Part shown: positions 7,953-16,492 of the stretch, piece after piece
Layout: each line of letters opens with the position of its first letter
Position numbering within the stretch: the stretch's first letter is position 1
Source of the DNA: Fidelibacterota bacterium
GTDB lineage: Bacteria > Fidelibacterota > UBA2242
Direction of reading: 5' to 3'
NCBI GenBank assembly: GCA_049975265.1
Contig: JBNGDF010000002.1
Location: forward strand, 109,205 to 130,305
DNA length: 21,101 nucleotides
Translations under genes and position numbers: made by a program
The notes under the pieces: generated by a model
What the model was told of the DNA's origin: nothing
Databases searched by the model: none
Seen by the model: the letters and a program-made list of their open reading frames with translations, nothing else

Positions 7953-9359
7953 ATGAAAAGATGGAAAAAACGGACACTGTGGGCACTCGGCTTGCTCCTT
8001 TTGTTGCTGATCGTCGCCTTTGCCTATGTTATTACCACCATCGGTCCCGTGGCGACCGGCTACACCGCCAAAATGGTCGCCTCGGGCGTCTTTGTCATGG
8101 GGCAAACTCCCGCCGAAGCCTGGCGGGATTTTCCGGATAATCCGCTAAAGGGTCTTCTGATATACAAAATTGACGACGAACACAAAACCGTCACTGCCTC
8201 TCTGGCGGGTTTTGCACGGCGCAAAGCTGTCTTCCGCGACAACTACGGCGTCACACTGATTCCCCGCGACGGTGAATTAACACCGCTCCCTGCAATTCCG
8301 AAAGCACCCGAATCCGCAGAAGTACAGACACTTCCCTGGCCTGACGGCGAATTCGTTGATCCAAACGCCATTCCGGAAAAAATCAACCCTGCCCTGCTAC
8401 AGCAAGCCGTGGAAAATGCCTTCACCGAAACAGACCCGGACAATCCCAAACGCACCCGCGCAGTAGTGATTGCTTATCGGGGACGCATCATCGCCGAGCG
8501 CTATGCGCCCGGTTACGACCGGCACACCAAATTTCTGGGCTGGTCCATGAGTAAAAGCGTCATCAATGCCCTCATCGGCATTCTGATGCGGGATGGTCAA
8601 TTATCCATTTACGAGCCCGCTTTTGTGCCGGAATGGCAGGAACCCGGCGATCCGCGGCAGGCGATTACCGTGGATCAACTCCTCCGCATGAGCAGCGGTC
8701 TGCACTTCGTGGAAGAGTACGAACTCAAATACGGTGTCACAAAAATGCTCTACGATACACGCAATATGGCTGCTTTTGCCGCCAACGAACCGTTGATTGC
8801 TGAACCCGACAGCGTCTGGTACTATTCCAGCGGGACTGCCAATATCCTTTCGCGCCTGATTCTGCATCATCTGGACAACTCACTGGAAAAATATCACCGT
8901 TTTTACCGGGAAGAACTCTTTCTACCCCTGAATATGCACAGCGTGCTCTTCGAGCCTGACGCCACCGGCGTGCTGGTGGGTTCCTCCTTCATGTTTGCCA
9001 CCGCCCGGGACTGGGCTCGCTTCGGGCAATTGTATCTTCAGGACGGCGTCTGGAACGGTAGGCGGATTCTGCCGGAAGGCTGGGTGGATTATACCGTCAC
9101 ACCGACACCGCAAGCGCCCCAGGGCAAATACGGCGCCCATTTCTGGCTCAATGCCGGCTGCCCGCGCCGTTCCGAAAACCGGGAATACCCCAATCTGCCC
9201 GACGATCTGTTTTATGCCAATGGTCACGACGGACAACGCGTGATCATCATTCCTTCTTACGAACTGGTCATCGTCCGGCTCGGTCTGTCCCGCAACCGGG
9301 CTGCCTGGGACCTGGACGAGCTGGTATCCGACGTGCTGAAAGCTGTTCAGAAAAAATGA
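7953..9359 (+). CDS. Serine hydrolase, beta-lactamase class C-related family, N-terminal membrane anchor/signal
   Basis: SxxK motif (WSMSKS), QLLRMSSGL, YYSSG, TARDWARFGQLYL, NGHDGQ..IIPSYELVIVRLG. RBS GAGGAG. Confidence 0.92.
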   Translation: MKRWKKRTLWALGLLLLLLIVAFAYVITTIGPVATGYTAKMVASGVFVMGQTPAEAWRDFPDNPLKGLLIYKIDDEHKTVTASLAGFARRKAVFRDNYGVTLIPRDGELTPLPAIPKAPESAEVQTLPWPDGEFVDPNAIPEKINPALLQQAVENAFTETDPDNPKRTRAVVIAYRGRIIAERYAPGYDRHTKFLGWSMSKSVINALIGILMRDGQLSIYEPAFVPEWQEPGDPRQAITVDQLLRMSSGLHFVEEYELKYGVTKMLYDTRNMAAFAANEPLIAEPDSVWYYSSGTANILSRLILHHLDNSLEKYHRFYREELFLPLNMHSVLFEPDATGVLVGSSFMFATARDWARFGQLYLQDGVWNGRRILPEGWVDYTVTPTPQAPQGKYGAHFWLNAGCPRRSENREYPNLPDDLFYANGHDGQRVIIIPSYELVIVRLGLSRNRAAWDLDELVSDVLKAVQKK

Positions 9360-9379
9360 ATGTAAACCGCAATTGAATC

Positions 9380-10366
9380 ATGCCGGCGAACTTACCTCCC
9401 GAATATTACGCTGCCGAAGAAAAATTCCGATCCGCCGAATCCATCCCGGCGAAAATTCACTGTCTCGAAGAGCTCATCAGCACCGTCCCCAAGCATAAGG
9501 GTACCGACCATCTGCGGGCAGAGCTGCGCCGGAAATTGTCCCGCCTGAAATCCGACCAGCACAGAAAAAAAAATGTCGGACGCCACGAATCCGATTTTCA
9601 CATTGAAAAAGAGGGCGCAGCCCGAATTGTAATGATTGGACCAACCAACGTAGGCAAATCGTCGCTGGTGGCAACACTAACTCACGCCACCCCCAAAATC
9701 TCTGATTCCCCCTACACAACCTGGAGTCCCCTGCCCGGTATGCTGAACATCCGGGATGTACAACTCCAGCTGATCGACACGCCTCCGCTGAATCCGGACT
9801 TCTCTCAGCCAGAACTGTTTGACCTGATCCGGACCGCCGACCTCATTCTGCTCATGCTGGATATCCAGGACTTCCCGATTCAGCAACTGGACGATTCGAT
9901 AGCGTTGCTGAAAAAGCATCACATGGTTCCCGAGTTTCTTAAATATCAGTCGGAAAATCCTGAAGCCGCCCTCTTCATTCCAACATTGGTTGTCATCAAT
10001 AAAGTTGATAACCAACCGTTTATGCAGGATTTCAATGCCTTCTGCGAACTTGAAGGCAGCATAGCACCGATTCTGCCGGTCTCCGGGCAGTCACGGTACA
10101 ATCTGGACTCTCTGGGTCAGCGCTGCCTGGAGATGCTGCACCTGATTCGGATATTCTCCAAACCGCCGGGCAAGGAGCCCGATCTGACCCAACCTTACGT
10201 ATTGAAAAGCGGAGCAACTGTCGCCGACTTTGCCGAAAAGGTTCATCGCGACTTTGTTCAGAACCTGAAAACCGCACGGGTCTGGGGCAAAAGTGTTTAC
10301 GATGGTCAAATGGTGGGGCGTGATCATCTCCTGAACGACGGGGACATTGTCGAACTGCATATCTGA
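9380..10366 (+). CDS. DRG/OBG-family GTPase with C-terminal TGS domain
   Basis: N-terminal PKHKGTDHLRAELRRKLSRL helix of DRG-like proteins; G1 GPTNVGKS, G2 PYTT, G3 DTPP, G4 NKVD; TGS domain GATVADFAEKVH..ARVWGKS..GQMVGRDHLLNDGDIVELH. Confidence 0.92.
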   Translation: MPANLPPEYYAAEEKFRSAESIPAKIHCLEELISTVPKHKGTDHLRAELRRKLSRLKSDQHRKKNVGRHESDFHIEKEGAARIVMIGPTNVGKSSLVATLTHATPKISDSPYTTWSPLPGMLNIRDVQLQLIDTPPLNPDFSQPELFDLIRTADLILLMLDIQDFPIQQLDDSIALLKKHHMVPEFLKYQSENPEAALFIPTLVVINKVDNQPFMQDFNAFCELEGSIAPILPVSGQSRYNLDSLGQRCLEMLHLIRIFSKPPGKEPDLTQPYVLKSGATVADFAEKVHRDFVQNLKTARVWGKSVYDGQMVGRDHLLNDGDIVELHI

Positions 10367-10373
10367 CGCCGCC

Positions 10374-10440
10374 GACCTTCGGAAGATTCTACCATTCGTC
10401 TTATCCTGTCTACAGTTTTTTTTAGAACCTACCGAAGGTT
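10374..10440. repeat. Degenerate REP/REPIN-like inverted repeat pair
   Basis: GACCTTCGGAAGATTCTA (10374-10391) and TAGAACCTACCGAAGGTT (10423-10440) are reverse complements at 15/18 positions. Each arm is itself a decayed AACCTTC-N-GAAGGTT palindrome. Confidence 0.6.
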
Positions 10441-10470
10441 AACGAAAAGCCTGCTTCACAAATAAATCCG

Positions 10471-10499
10471 TTGAAAATGAATGCCGGTTTCCTTAACAT
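10471..10499 (+). promoter_or_regulatory. Candidate sigma70-type promoter
   Basis: TTGAAA (10471-10476), 17-nt spacer, TAACAT (10494-10499), about 80 nt upstream of the decarboxylase start. Confidence 0.45.
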
Positions 10500-10578
10500 C
10501 AGATCAGAATGACTGACTCCAGAATAGAAAATGCAGAACCCACTTATTGAAACATCCAAAATTTCAGGAGCCAATATC

Positions 10579-11355
10579 GTGAAAACCCTTTGCTTTCACC
10601 TGGTCGTTCTGCTTGTGTTGGTATCGGCGATCCAATGCCCTCAACACCATGATCCCGAAGCGAAAACCAGCGACACCATCTTCCAGCTCTCTGTTCTTGA
10701 TGCTCTCATGGCGGGAATTTACAACGGTGCAATGTCCTTCGGTGAATTAAGACAATATGGTAATTTCGGACTGGGCACTTTCAATGCACTGGACGGCGAA
10801 ATGGTTACTGTCAATGATACCGTTTACCAGATTCGTGCCGATGGTACAGTATGCCGAATCGGAAACAGCGATCAGACACCCTTTGCGGTGATCACCTTTT
10901 TTACCCCAGATACAGTGATCAGGGTCGGCACGACACTGATCCGCGAGCAGATCGAAGCCTGCATTGACAAAGCGCTAATCAGCCCCAATATCCCCGTCGC
11001 AATCAAAATTACCGGCTTTTTTGAGAACGTCCGGACCCGCAGCGTGCCGCGTCAGCAGCGCCCCTATCCTCCGCTGTCCGACGTGCTGAAGACGCAACCC
11101 GAATTCGACATTCATAGTGTTTACGGTACGGTTGTCGGCTTTCGGCTGCCGCTCTATATGAAAAACATGAATGCTCCGTTGTACCATTTTCATTTTTTAA
11201 CGGCAGATCGCAGTGCGGGTGGTCATTTGCTGAACTGCAACGGAAGCGACCTCCGTATAGAACTCGACTATAAACACCATTTATCCCTGCAATTGCCCCG
11301 GGATGAGGATTTTCGCAATGTCAATTTTCAAGAAATTCCAGGCATATATCACTAA
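10579..11355 (+). CDS. budA: Alpha-acetolactate decarboxylase with signal-peptide-like N-terminus
   Basis: FQLSVLDALMAGIYNG, GNFGLGTFNALDGEM, TPFAV, RTRSVP and Zn-binding YHFHF..GGH. GTG at 10579 follows a CAGGAG RBS and is preferred over the ATG at 10531. Confidence 0.94.
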   Translation: MKTLCFHLVVLLVLVSAIQCPQHHDPEAKTSDTIFQLSVLDALMAGIYNGAMSFGELRQYGNFGLGTFNALDGEMVTVNDTVYQIRADGTVCRIGNSDQTPFAVITFFTPDTVIRVGTTLIREQIEACIDKALISPNIPVAIKITGFFENVRTRSVPRQQRPYPPLSDVLKTQPEFDIHSVYGTVVGFRLPLYMKNMNAPLYHFHFLTADRSAGGHLLNCNGSDLRIELDYKHHLSLQLPRDEDFRNVNFQEIPGIYH

Positions 11356-12748
11356 ACTGCCGTTTTTCAACCGGCTGGCCTGGAAACTGGCACTTTTCAC
11401 CGGGTTGCTTGTCATTTTGATCGTGCTGGCACTGTCGCTGCCGGTCTACTGGCTGACCCGCAATACCCTGGAAGATCAGTTGACCGATCATCTGGCGGTG
11501 AACATTACCAATTTCTCCGAGACACTCGATAAACACCTCGTGGATATTGTTATCCGGTATCCCGAACTGCAGACCATGCAGGATTCTCTGGACTATTTTC
11601 TCCGGCAAAGTCTGCAGCGCTATCCGGTCAGCGCTATTTATATTCTCGATGATCAGAATATCCTGAAAGCAGGTGCAGGCAACCGCATTCAAACGATTCA
11701 GTCTATTCTTACTCATTCAGGGGATATCAACAAAGCCCGTCGTAACGGAATCGGCTTTGCGCCGCTTTATAAAGACGATTCGGGAAAAAGTGTTAAGTCG
11801 GTGTACAAACTGTTTCAGACGGCAAACTGCTTCGGACTGATCATCGGGATGGACGCAGACGCCCAATTTTTGAAGTACACCGAGCAACTACGCCGCCGGA
11901 TCGTTGTGATTGGATTATTTGTGCTGGCGGTCTCCGTCATCGCCGTATTGATCCTGTCACAAACCCTGACCAAACCACTGCGTAATCTGACGGAATTCGC
12001 CCGTAAAATCGGTCGCGGACATGCCGATCCGTCGATACTGCGCGCCCGGCAGGACGAAATCGGCTTCCTCGGCAAAACCATGCTGGAGATGCAGCATAAA
12101 ATCCACAAACGGGAGAATGAAAACAAGGAGCTGATCGCCTCCGTCGCCCATGAAATCCGTAACCCCCTCGCCGGCATGCAGGTCAACACCGAGCTGCTTC
12201 TGGAGGCAACCAGCCGCGCGGCTGAACTTCATGCCTATGCCAAAGCCGTCGCTGCGGAAATCGAGAACCTAAGCACCATTGTCGAAAATTTTCTCGCCTA
12301 TGCGCGCCCCCTGGACACCACCCTGGAGCATCATTCACTGCGTAGCCTGATTGAGGAAAGTATCGGTGCAACCCGGCATAATTTCCCGGATAGCAATATT
12401 AAAATACACGGCGATGCAACAGCCAGAGTCAACGCACAGAAAATCAGACACGTCTTTTTCAATCTGTTGAAAAACGCCTGCGAAGCCGCCCCGGCAGCTG
12501 GTCCCATCACCGTGCGGATCAGTAAGCAGAACGATCTCATCGCCGTTGCCATTGAAAATCCGGGCGACCCGATTCCGGAAACGCACCAGTCTCAAATTTT
12601 TGAGGCTTTTTTCAGCTCCAAAGCAACCGGCGTTGGACTGGGGCTCTCCATCGCCAAATCCATCATAGAACAGCATGGCGGAACCATCCGGCTGGCGCAT
12701 TCAGATAATCGTGGCACGGAGTTTGTCATAGAATTACCTGCAGGTTAA
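11318..12748 (+). CDS. Membrane sensor histidine kinase (2 TM, periplasmic sensor, HAMP, HisKA, HATPase)
   Basis: Two TM helices flanking a periplasmic region; HAMP (KPLRNL..RQDEIGFL); H-box AHEIRNPLAG, N-box NLLKNA, F-box IFEAFF, G2 GVGLGL. Start is uncertain (11303 or 11318; GAGG precedes 11318). Confidence 0.95.
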   Translation: MSIFKKFQAYITKLPFFNRLAWKLALFTGLLVILIVLALSLPVYWLTRNTLEDQLTDHLAVNITNFSETLDKHLVDIVIRYPELQTMQDSLDYFLRQSLQRYPVSAIYILDDQNILKAGAGNRIQTIQSILTHSGDINKARRNGIGFAPLYKDDSGKSVKSVYKLFQTANCFGLIIGMDADAQFLKYTEQLRRRIVVIGLFVLAVSVIAVLILSQTLTKPLRNLTEFARKIGRGHADPSILRARQDEIGFLGKTMLEMQHKIHKRENENKELIASVAHEIRNPLAGMQVNTELLLEATSRAAELHAYAKAVAAEIENLSTIVENFLAYARPLDTTLEHHSLRSLIEESIGATRHNFPDSNIKIHGDATARVNAQKIRHVFFNLLKNACEAAPAAGPITVRISKQNDLIAVAIENPGDPIPETHQSQIFEAFFSSKATGVGLGLSIAKSIIEQHGGTIRLAHSDNRGTEFVIELPAG

Positions 12749-12749
12749 T

Positions 12750-14120
12750 ATGAACATAAGTCGCAAACAATACAGAATTCTTGTCGTGGAAGATAGCGTC
12801 TCCCTGCGGGAGGGCATCGTTGCCACCCTTCGCAAAGAGGGCTTCGCCGTTGGAGCAGCGTCAGACGGTCAGGATGGGCTGGAACAGGCGCAGTCCGGGC
12901 ACTGGCATCTGATGATTACCGACATTAAAATGCCGAAAATTGACGGCATTACTCTTTTCAAAAAAATCAAAGCCAAATTTCCGGCAACTGATGTCATCAT
13001 CATTACCGCTTACGCCACTGTCGATATTGCCGTGGATGCCATCAAATGCGGCGCTGAGGATTTTATCACCAAACCCTTTCCCCTGGCAGAACTGCGCAGC
13101 AAGGTAAACAGTCTCTATGAGCGCTGGCAGAGTCAACAGGAATCCACCCTTGAACCGTCCGGCGGGAAGCGGCTTATCGGAAGTTCCGCTGCCATAAAAA
13201 AAATCCGCAGCCTGATCCAAAAAGTCGCCGACTCCGATAGCCCCGTCCTGATTACCGGTGAAAGCGGCACGGGTAAAGAGCTGATTGCTCACACCATTCA
13301 CGATTCCAGTCAGCGTCAAAACCAGCCTTTTATCGCTGTCAATTGCGGCGCCCTGACCGAAACCCTGCTGGAGAGTGAACTCTTCGGACATGAAAAGGGC
13401 GCCTTTACCGGTGCCGTCCGCACCCATGCGGGCAAACTGGAACAGGCTTCCGGCGGAACCCTTTTTCTTGATGAAATCGGCGATATGCCCGCCTCATTAC
13501 AGGTGAAACTGCTGCGCGCCCTGCAGACCAAACAATTTCAGAGGGTCGGTGGTGAAAAGTACATTCACAGCGATTTCCGCCTGATCTCGGCGACCAACCA
13601 GCACCTCGAAGAATCCGTCAGGGAGCAGACCTTTCGCTCCGATCTCTATTACCGCATCAATGTTATCCCGATTCATGTGCCACCGCTGCGGCAGCGCAGG
13701 GAGGATATTCCCCTGCTGATCGACCATATTCTGCGGCAGCGCGCGAAAAAACTGAATCGCAGCATCCCCCGGATTCAGACCAGTGTCCTGCACAAGCTGC
13801 AGGCTTATGCCTGGCCGGGCAATATCCGCGAACTGGAAAATTTCATCGAGCGTGCCCTGGTATTTATCGAGGATAATATTTTCAGCGACGAGCTTTTTTC
13901 CTTTGATAAACAGCTGAAAAATGAAACCGCCGAGCCGCCACTCCCCAACCGGGATATGGCTGAATATATCAGCAAAATCGAACGGGAAATGATTATCAGC
14001 GCTCTGCGGGACAATCACGGCGTAAAACAGCGCGCCGCCGATCAGCTGAACATCAAGCCCGGGACACTTTACTACAAAATGGAAAAATACGGCATTGAGG
14101 AACACGAATATGAGACCTAA
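12750..14120 (+). CDS. Sigma54-dependent response regulator, NtrC/AtoC family (receiver, AAA+, Fis-type HTH)
   Basis: Receiver [15 protein letters not shown], Walker A GESGTGKE, intact GAFTGA, Walker [30 protein letters not shown]-terminal [24 protein letters not shown]. Confidence 0.97.
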   Translation: MNISRKQYRILVVEDSVSLREGIVATLRKEGFAVGAASDGQDGLEQAQSGHWHLMITDIKMPKIDGITLFKKIKAKFPATDVIIITAYATVDIAVDAIKCGAEDFITKPFPLAELRSKVNSLYERWQSQQESTLEPSGGKRLIGSSAAIKKIRSLIQKVADSDSPVLITGESGTGKELIAHTIHDSSQRQNQPFIAVNCGALTETLLESELFGHEKGAFTGAVRTHAGKLEQASGGTLFLDEIGDMPASLQVKLLRALQTKQFQRVGGEKYIHSDFRLISATNQHLEESVREQTFRSDLYYRINVIPIHVPPLRQRREDIPLLIDHILRQRAKKLNRSIPRIQTSVLHKLQAYAWPGNIRELENFIERALVFIEDNIFSDELFSFDKQLKNETAEPPLPNRDMAEYISKIEREMIISALRDNHGVKQRAADQLNIKPGTLYYKMEKYGIEEHEYET

Positions 14121-15087
14121 ACGACAATTTATCCCGATTCTGATAACGCTCGCTCTGTTAGTCAGTCTGACGGCTGCCGATAACTCCCTGAAGGTGCAGC
14201 AGCAGGAGCTGGCGAATGTCCTGAGAACAATTAAAACCACCGAACAGCTGATTAGCGAACAGGACAGCGTCATTCATAAAATCGACCGAAAAATTGCAGA
14301 GTTGGAACAAACGGACAATCCCGGCTGGCTGGAACGCCGCCGAATCGTCAAACTGACCGAGGAGAAAGCAGCACTGAATGCCAAACGGCTGCGCTGTTTT
14401 GAGCAGCTGCTGGACTGGCAAAACCAGGCGCGTGACCTCTCCGCGACCATTCTGACTGAGCTAACGCAGTCCATCGATTCACTCATCGGAGCTATTAACA
14501 CCGCCGATTCCGGACAACAGCGTCAGGCAGACCTGGCAGCCCTGATCAAAGTCATCGAAATCCGCAACTGGATCATTACCACCAGACCATACTATACCCG
14601 TGTGGAAAATGAGCCGATTCCGCCGAAATTGGACATTCAGGAATTCCTCTCCCTTACACTGACAAATTCAGGCGTTAAGACCGACCTGCTCAAACTACTG
14701 AACGAAAAAATTGATGAATTGACCCTGATGATCCAATCAGCCAGAGAGGAGGAAATTCTGCGTCAGCGGCTGGAACAATTTAGTTATGAAATGGCTTCCA
14801 TCGGCGGCGAAATCGGTGAACAGACGCTGCACCCCCGACAGATCAGCAGCTCCAAAGAGACCGATGCACCCACCGGCTGGGATAATTACAGCGAAAACCG
14901 GATAAGCCCGGATTTTACAAACTGGGTACTCACCACACAAACCGAACCACTTTCCTCACTGACTGCCTACGATTACCTACCCATCATCGAATCGCTGGAT
15001 CCGGCGGAATTATCTGATTATATCTTTACGCTCGATTCACTGCGCAATTATTATATCAGCGAAAAACAGAAGATTTTAAAACCCTAA
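14110..15087 (+). CDS. Exported coiled-coil hypothetical protein
   Basis: ATG at 14110 after a GAGGA RBS, overlapping the regulator's 3' end. Sec-type signal [23 protein letters not shown]; long Leu/Ile/Glu/Gln-rich heptad helices. Confidence 0.8.
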   Translation: MRPKRQFIPILITLALLVSLTAADNSLKVQQQELANVLRTIKTTEQLISEQDSVIHKIDRKIAELEQTDNPGWLERRRIVKLTEEKAALNAKRLRCFEQLLDWQNQARDLSATILTELTQSIDSLIGAINTADSGQQRQADLAALIKVIEIRNWIITTRPYYTRVENEPIPPKLDIQEFLSLTLTNSGVKTDLLKLLNEKIDELTLMIQSAREEEILRQRLEQFSYEMASIGGEIGEQTLHPRQISSSKETDAPTGWDNYSENRISPDFTNWVLTTQTEPLSSLTAYDYLPIIESLDPAELSDYIFTLDSLRNYYISEKQKILKP

Positions 15088-15116
15088 ACATATCGGTACT
15101 TTTCCACCATTATGGA

Positions 15117-16184
15117 ATGATATTTTTACGTCAAAATTCCAGGCTTTTACAGTTTGTTTATACCACAGAGATGCTGTTGCTGTTTTCCCTGCCCCTGACA
15201 TCCCGGACAACCAGCGACTCTTCATTTTATATTAAAAATGAATATCTGATTGAATCAAATATCTTCGAAGACTCTACGGAAGCGCAGGCGCTGGGCAGTC
15301 AACTCTGGTTCGGGTTATCCCACAATTACCGTGCCAACCGGCAAACTCTCAGTCTCAAACTTGTCTCCAATCTGGTCTATTACAATCAGCACCCGGTCGA
15401 AAATAAATCGGTGAACATGCTGACCGTCCAGCACCATTACTCTCTTCTGAAACGACTGGCTTTTCAAACGGCACTGGATTTTTACAACAAGCAGTGGTAT
15501 CGAAACAATCACGGATACACCAGCAGCCGCTGTCATTCCGGATTGAGCTATGCGGGACGGAAAAATACCCTTTTCATCGGTGGCGAATACCAATATCACC
15601 GCTTTCCCCAATTCGAATCTTTTACCTCCGATTACAGTGGTCCGATTGTCCGGTTTCAGCATGCCTCCCCCGGTTCGTACATCATCACCCTGAAAACCTC
15701 CAGCCATTTCGTCCGCTATGCAGCCCGTTCAATCGCCAGTACAGCGGGCACCGATTCAGTCAACCTGCCTCTCCAGAAAGACCGGCTAACCACCTATCAG
15801 ATCGGCATTGAAAAACGGAAAAACCCGATTTTCGGGTTGCGGCTGCGCTATATCCTCGATCATTCCAACAGTCCGGGCTCCTCTTTTCAGGCAGGCGCCT
15901 GCCGCTTTTTTACTTCTCGGAAAATTCTGGGAATTTATACCCACCTGATCGTTGATCTGCAACTAAAAAAATACACGGAAAAACCTGAGCGGATGGTCAT
16001 TCTTACAAATCCCGACCCGGAGCAGAATATCCAGAATCAGGTCCTGCTCGGCTGGGACAAACCGCTGACCACGAATCTCTCCATCCAGGGCAAAGTGGCT
16101 TACATTCACAACGAAACCGTCTACAGCCGCATTTTTTACGATAAATTCCTCGCCGCCGTCGGACTGTTGTATACCATCCAATAA
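15117..16184 (+). CDS. Probable outer-membrane beta-barrel protein of unknown function
   Basis: Alternating hydrophobic/polar strands rich in Tyr, Phe and Gly (LWFGLSHNY, FIGGEYQY, YQIGIEK, VLLGWDK, IQGKVAYIHN) and terminal strand FLAAVGLLYTIQ. The signal peptide is weak and the start uncertain. Confidence 0.65.
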   Translation: MIFLRQNSRLLQFVYTTEMLLLFSLPLTSRTTSDSSFYIKNEYLIESNIFEDSTEAQALGSQLWFGLSHNYRANRQTLSLKLVSNLVYYNQHPVENKSVNMLTVQHHYSLLKRLAFQTALDFYNKQWYRNNHGYTSSRCHSGLSYAGRKNTLFIGGEYQYHRFPQFESFTSDYSGPIVRFQHASPGSYIITLKTSSHFVRYAARSIASTAGTDSVNLPLQKDRLTTYQIGIEKRKNPIFGLRLRYILDHSNSPGSSFQAGACRFFTSRKILGIYTHLIVDLQLKKYTEKPERMVILTNPDPEQNIQNQVLLGWDKPLTTNLSIQGKVAYIHNETVYSRIFYDKFLAAVGLLYTIQ

Positions 16185-16194
16185 TCCGGTAAAC

Positions 16195-16230
16195 TCTCGA
16201 TTTTCTGAGAAAATCTTCAAATATCTGAGG
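16195..16230. promoter_or_regulatory. Candidate tandem upstream activator (enhancer) sites
   Basis: TCTCGATTTTCTGAGA (16195-16210, TCTC-N8-GAGA dyad) and the related CTTCAAATATCTGAGG (16215-16230) are 20 bp apart. They overlap the dyad GATTTTCT-G-AGAAAATC (16199-16215). Confidence 0.5.
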
Positions 16231-16270
16231 GTTTTACGACATATCCATCTAAATTATCTTCACGAAAAAA

Positions 16271-16287
16271 CTGGAACGGTATTTGTC
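16271..16287 (+). promoter_or_regulatory. Candidate sigma54 (-24/-12) promoter
   Basis: CTGGAACGGTATTTGTC versus consensus YTGGCACGRNNNTTGCW: correct GG-N10-G spacing, with TTGT instead of TTGC. It is intergenic and adjacent to a sigma54 activator operon. Confidence 0.62.
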
Positions 16288-16492
16288 ATTTGTACTATGT
16301 CATGTCATTGAAGAAAACCAAGATGCTCAAAACAAAGACACGGATAATAACCCTGCATATCACGGGCAGACTGTTTGTCCCGTCTGGTCTTGTTCGGAAC
16401 CCGCTAATTTCCGTCAATTCTGATGTGCAACCGGACACCATTTCATCTCATTATGACAATCCTATTCATTTCCAATATGACAGGAGCAAACT

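Noticed and set aside
7953..9359. Antibiotic-resistance beta-lactamase
   Set aside because: SxxK is present, but YSS replaces YxN and there is no KTG triad; this fits the broad esterase/amidase-like serine hydrolase family, so resistance cannot be claimed.
12551..12577. Kinase G1 box reads ENPGDPIP instead of DxGxG, suggesting a pseudokinase
   Set aside because: NPG-type G1 variants occur in active kinases such as the CusS group, and the H, N, F and G2 boxes are intact.
14110..15087. EnvC/murein hydrolase activator or SMC-like assignment for the coiled-coil protein
   Set aside because: Only generic heptad similarity; no M23/LytM domain and no Walker motifs.
16362..16383. Riboswitch in the long leader (ACGGGCAGACTGTTTGTCCCGT hairpin)
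   Set aside because: Only a weak bulged stem, and I could not match it to any riboswitch consensus; an Rfam scan would settle it.
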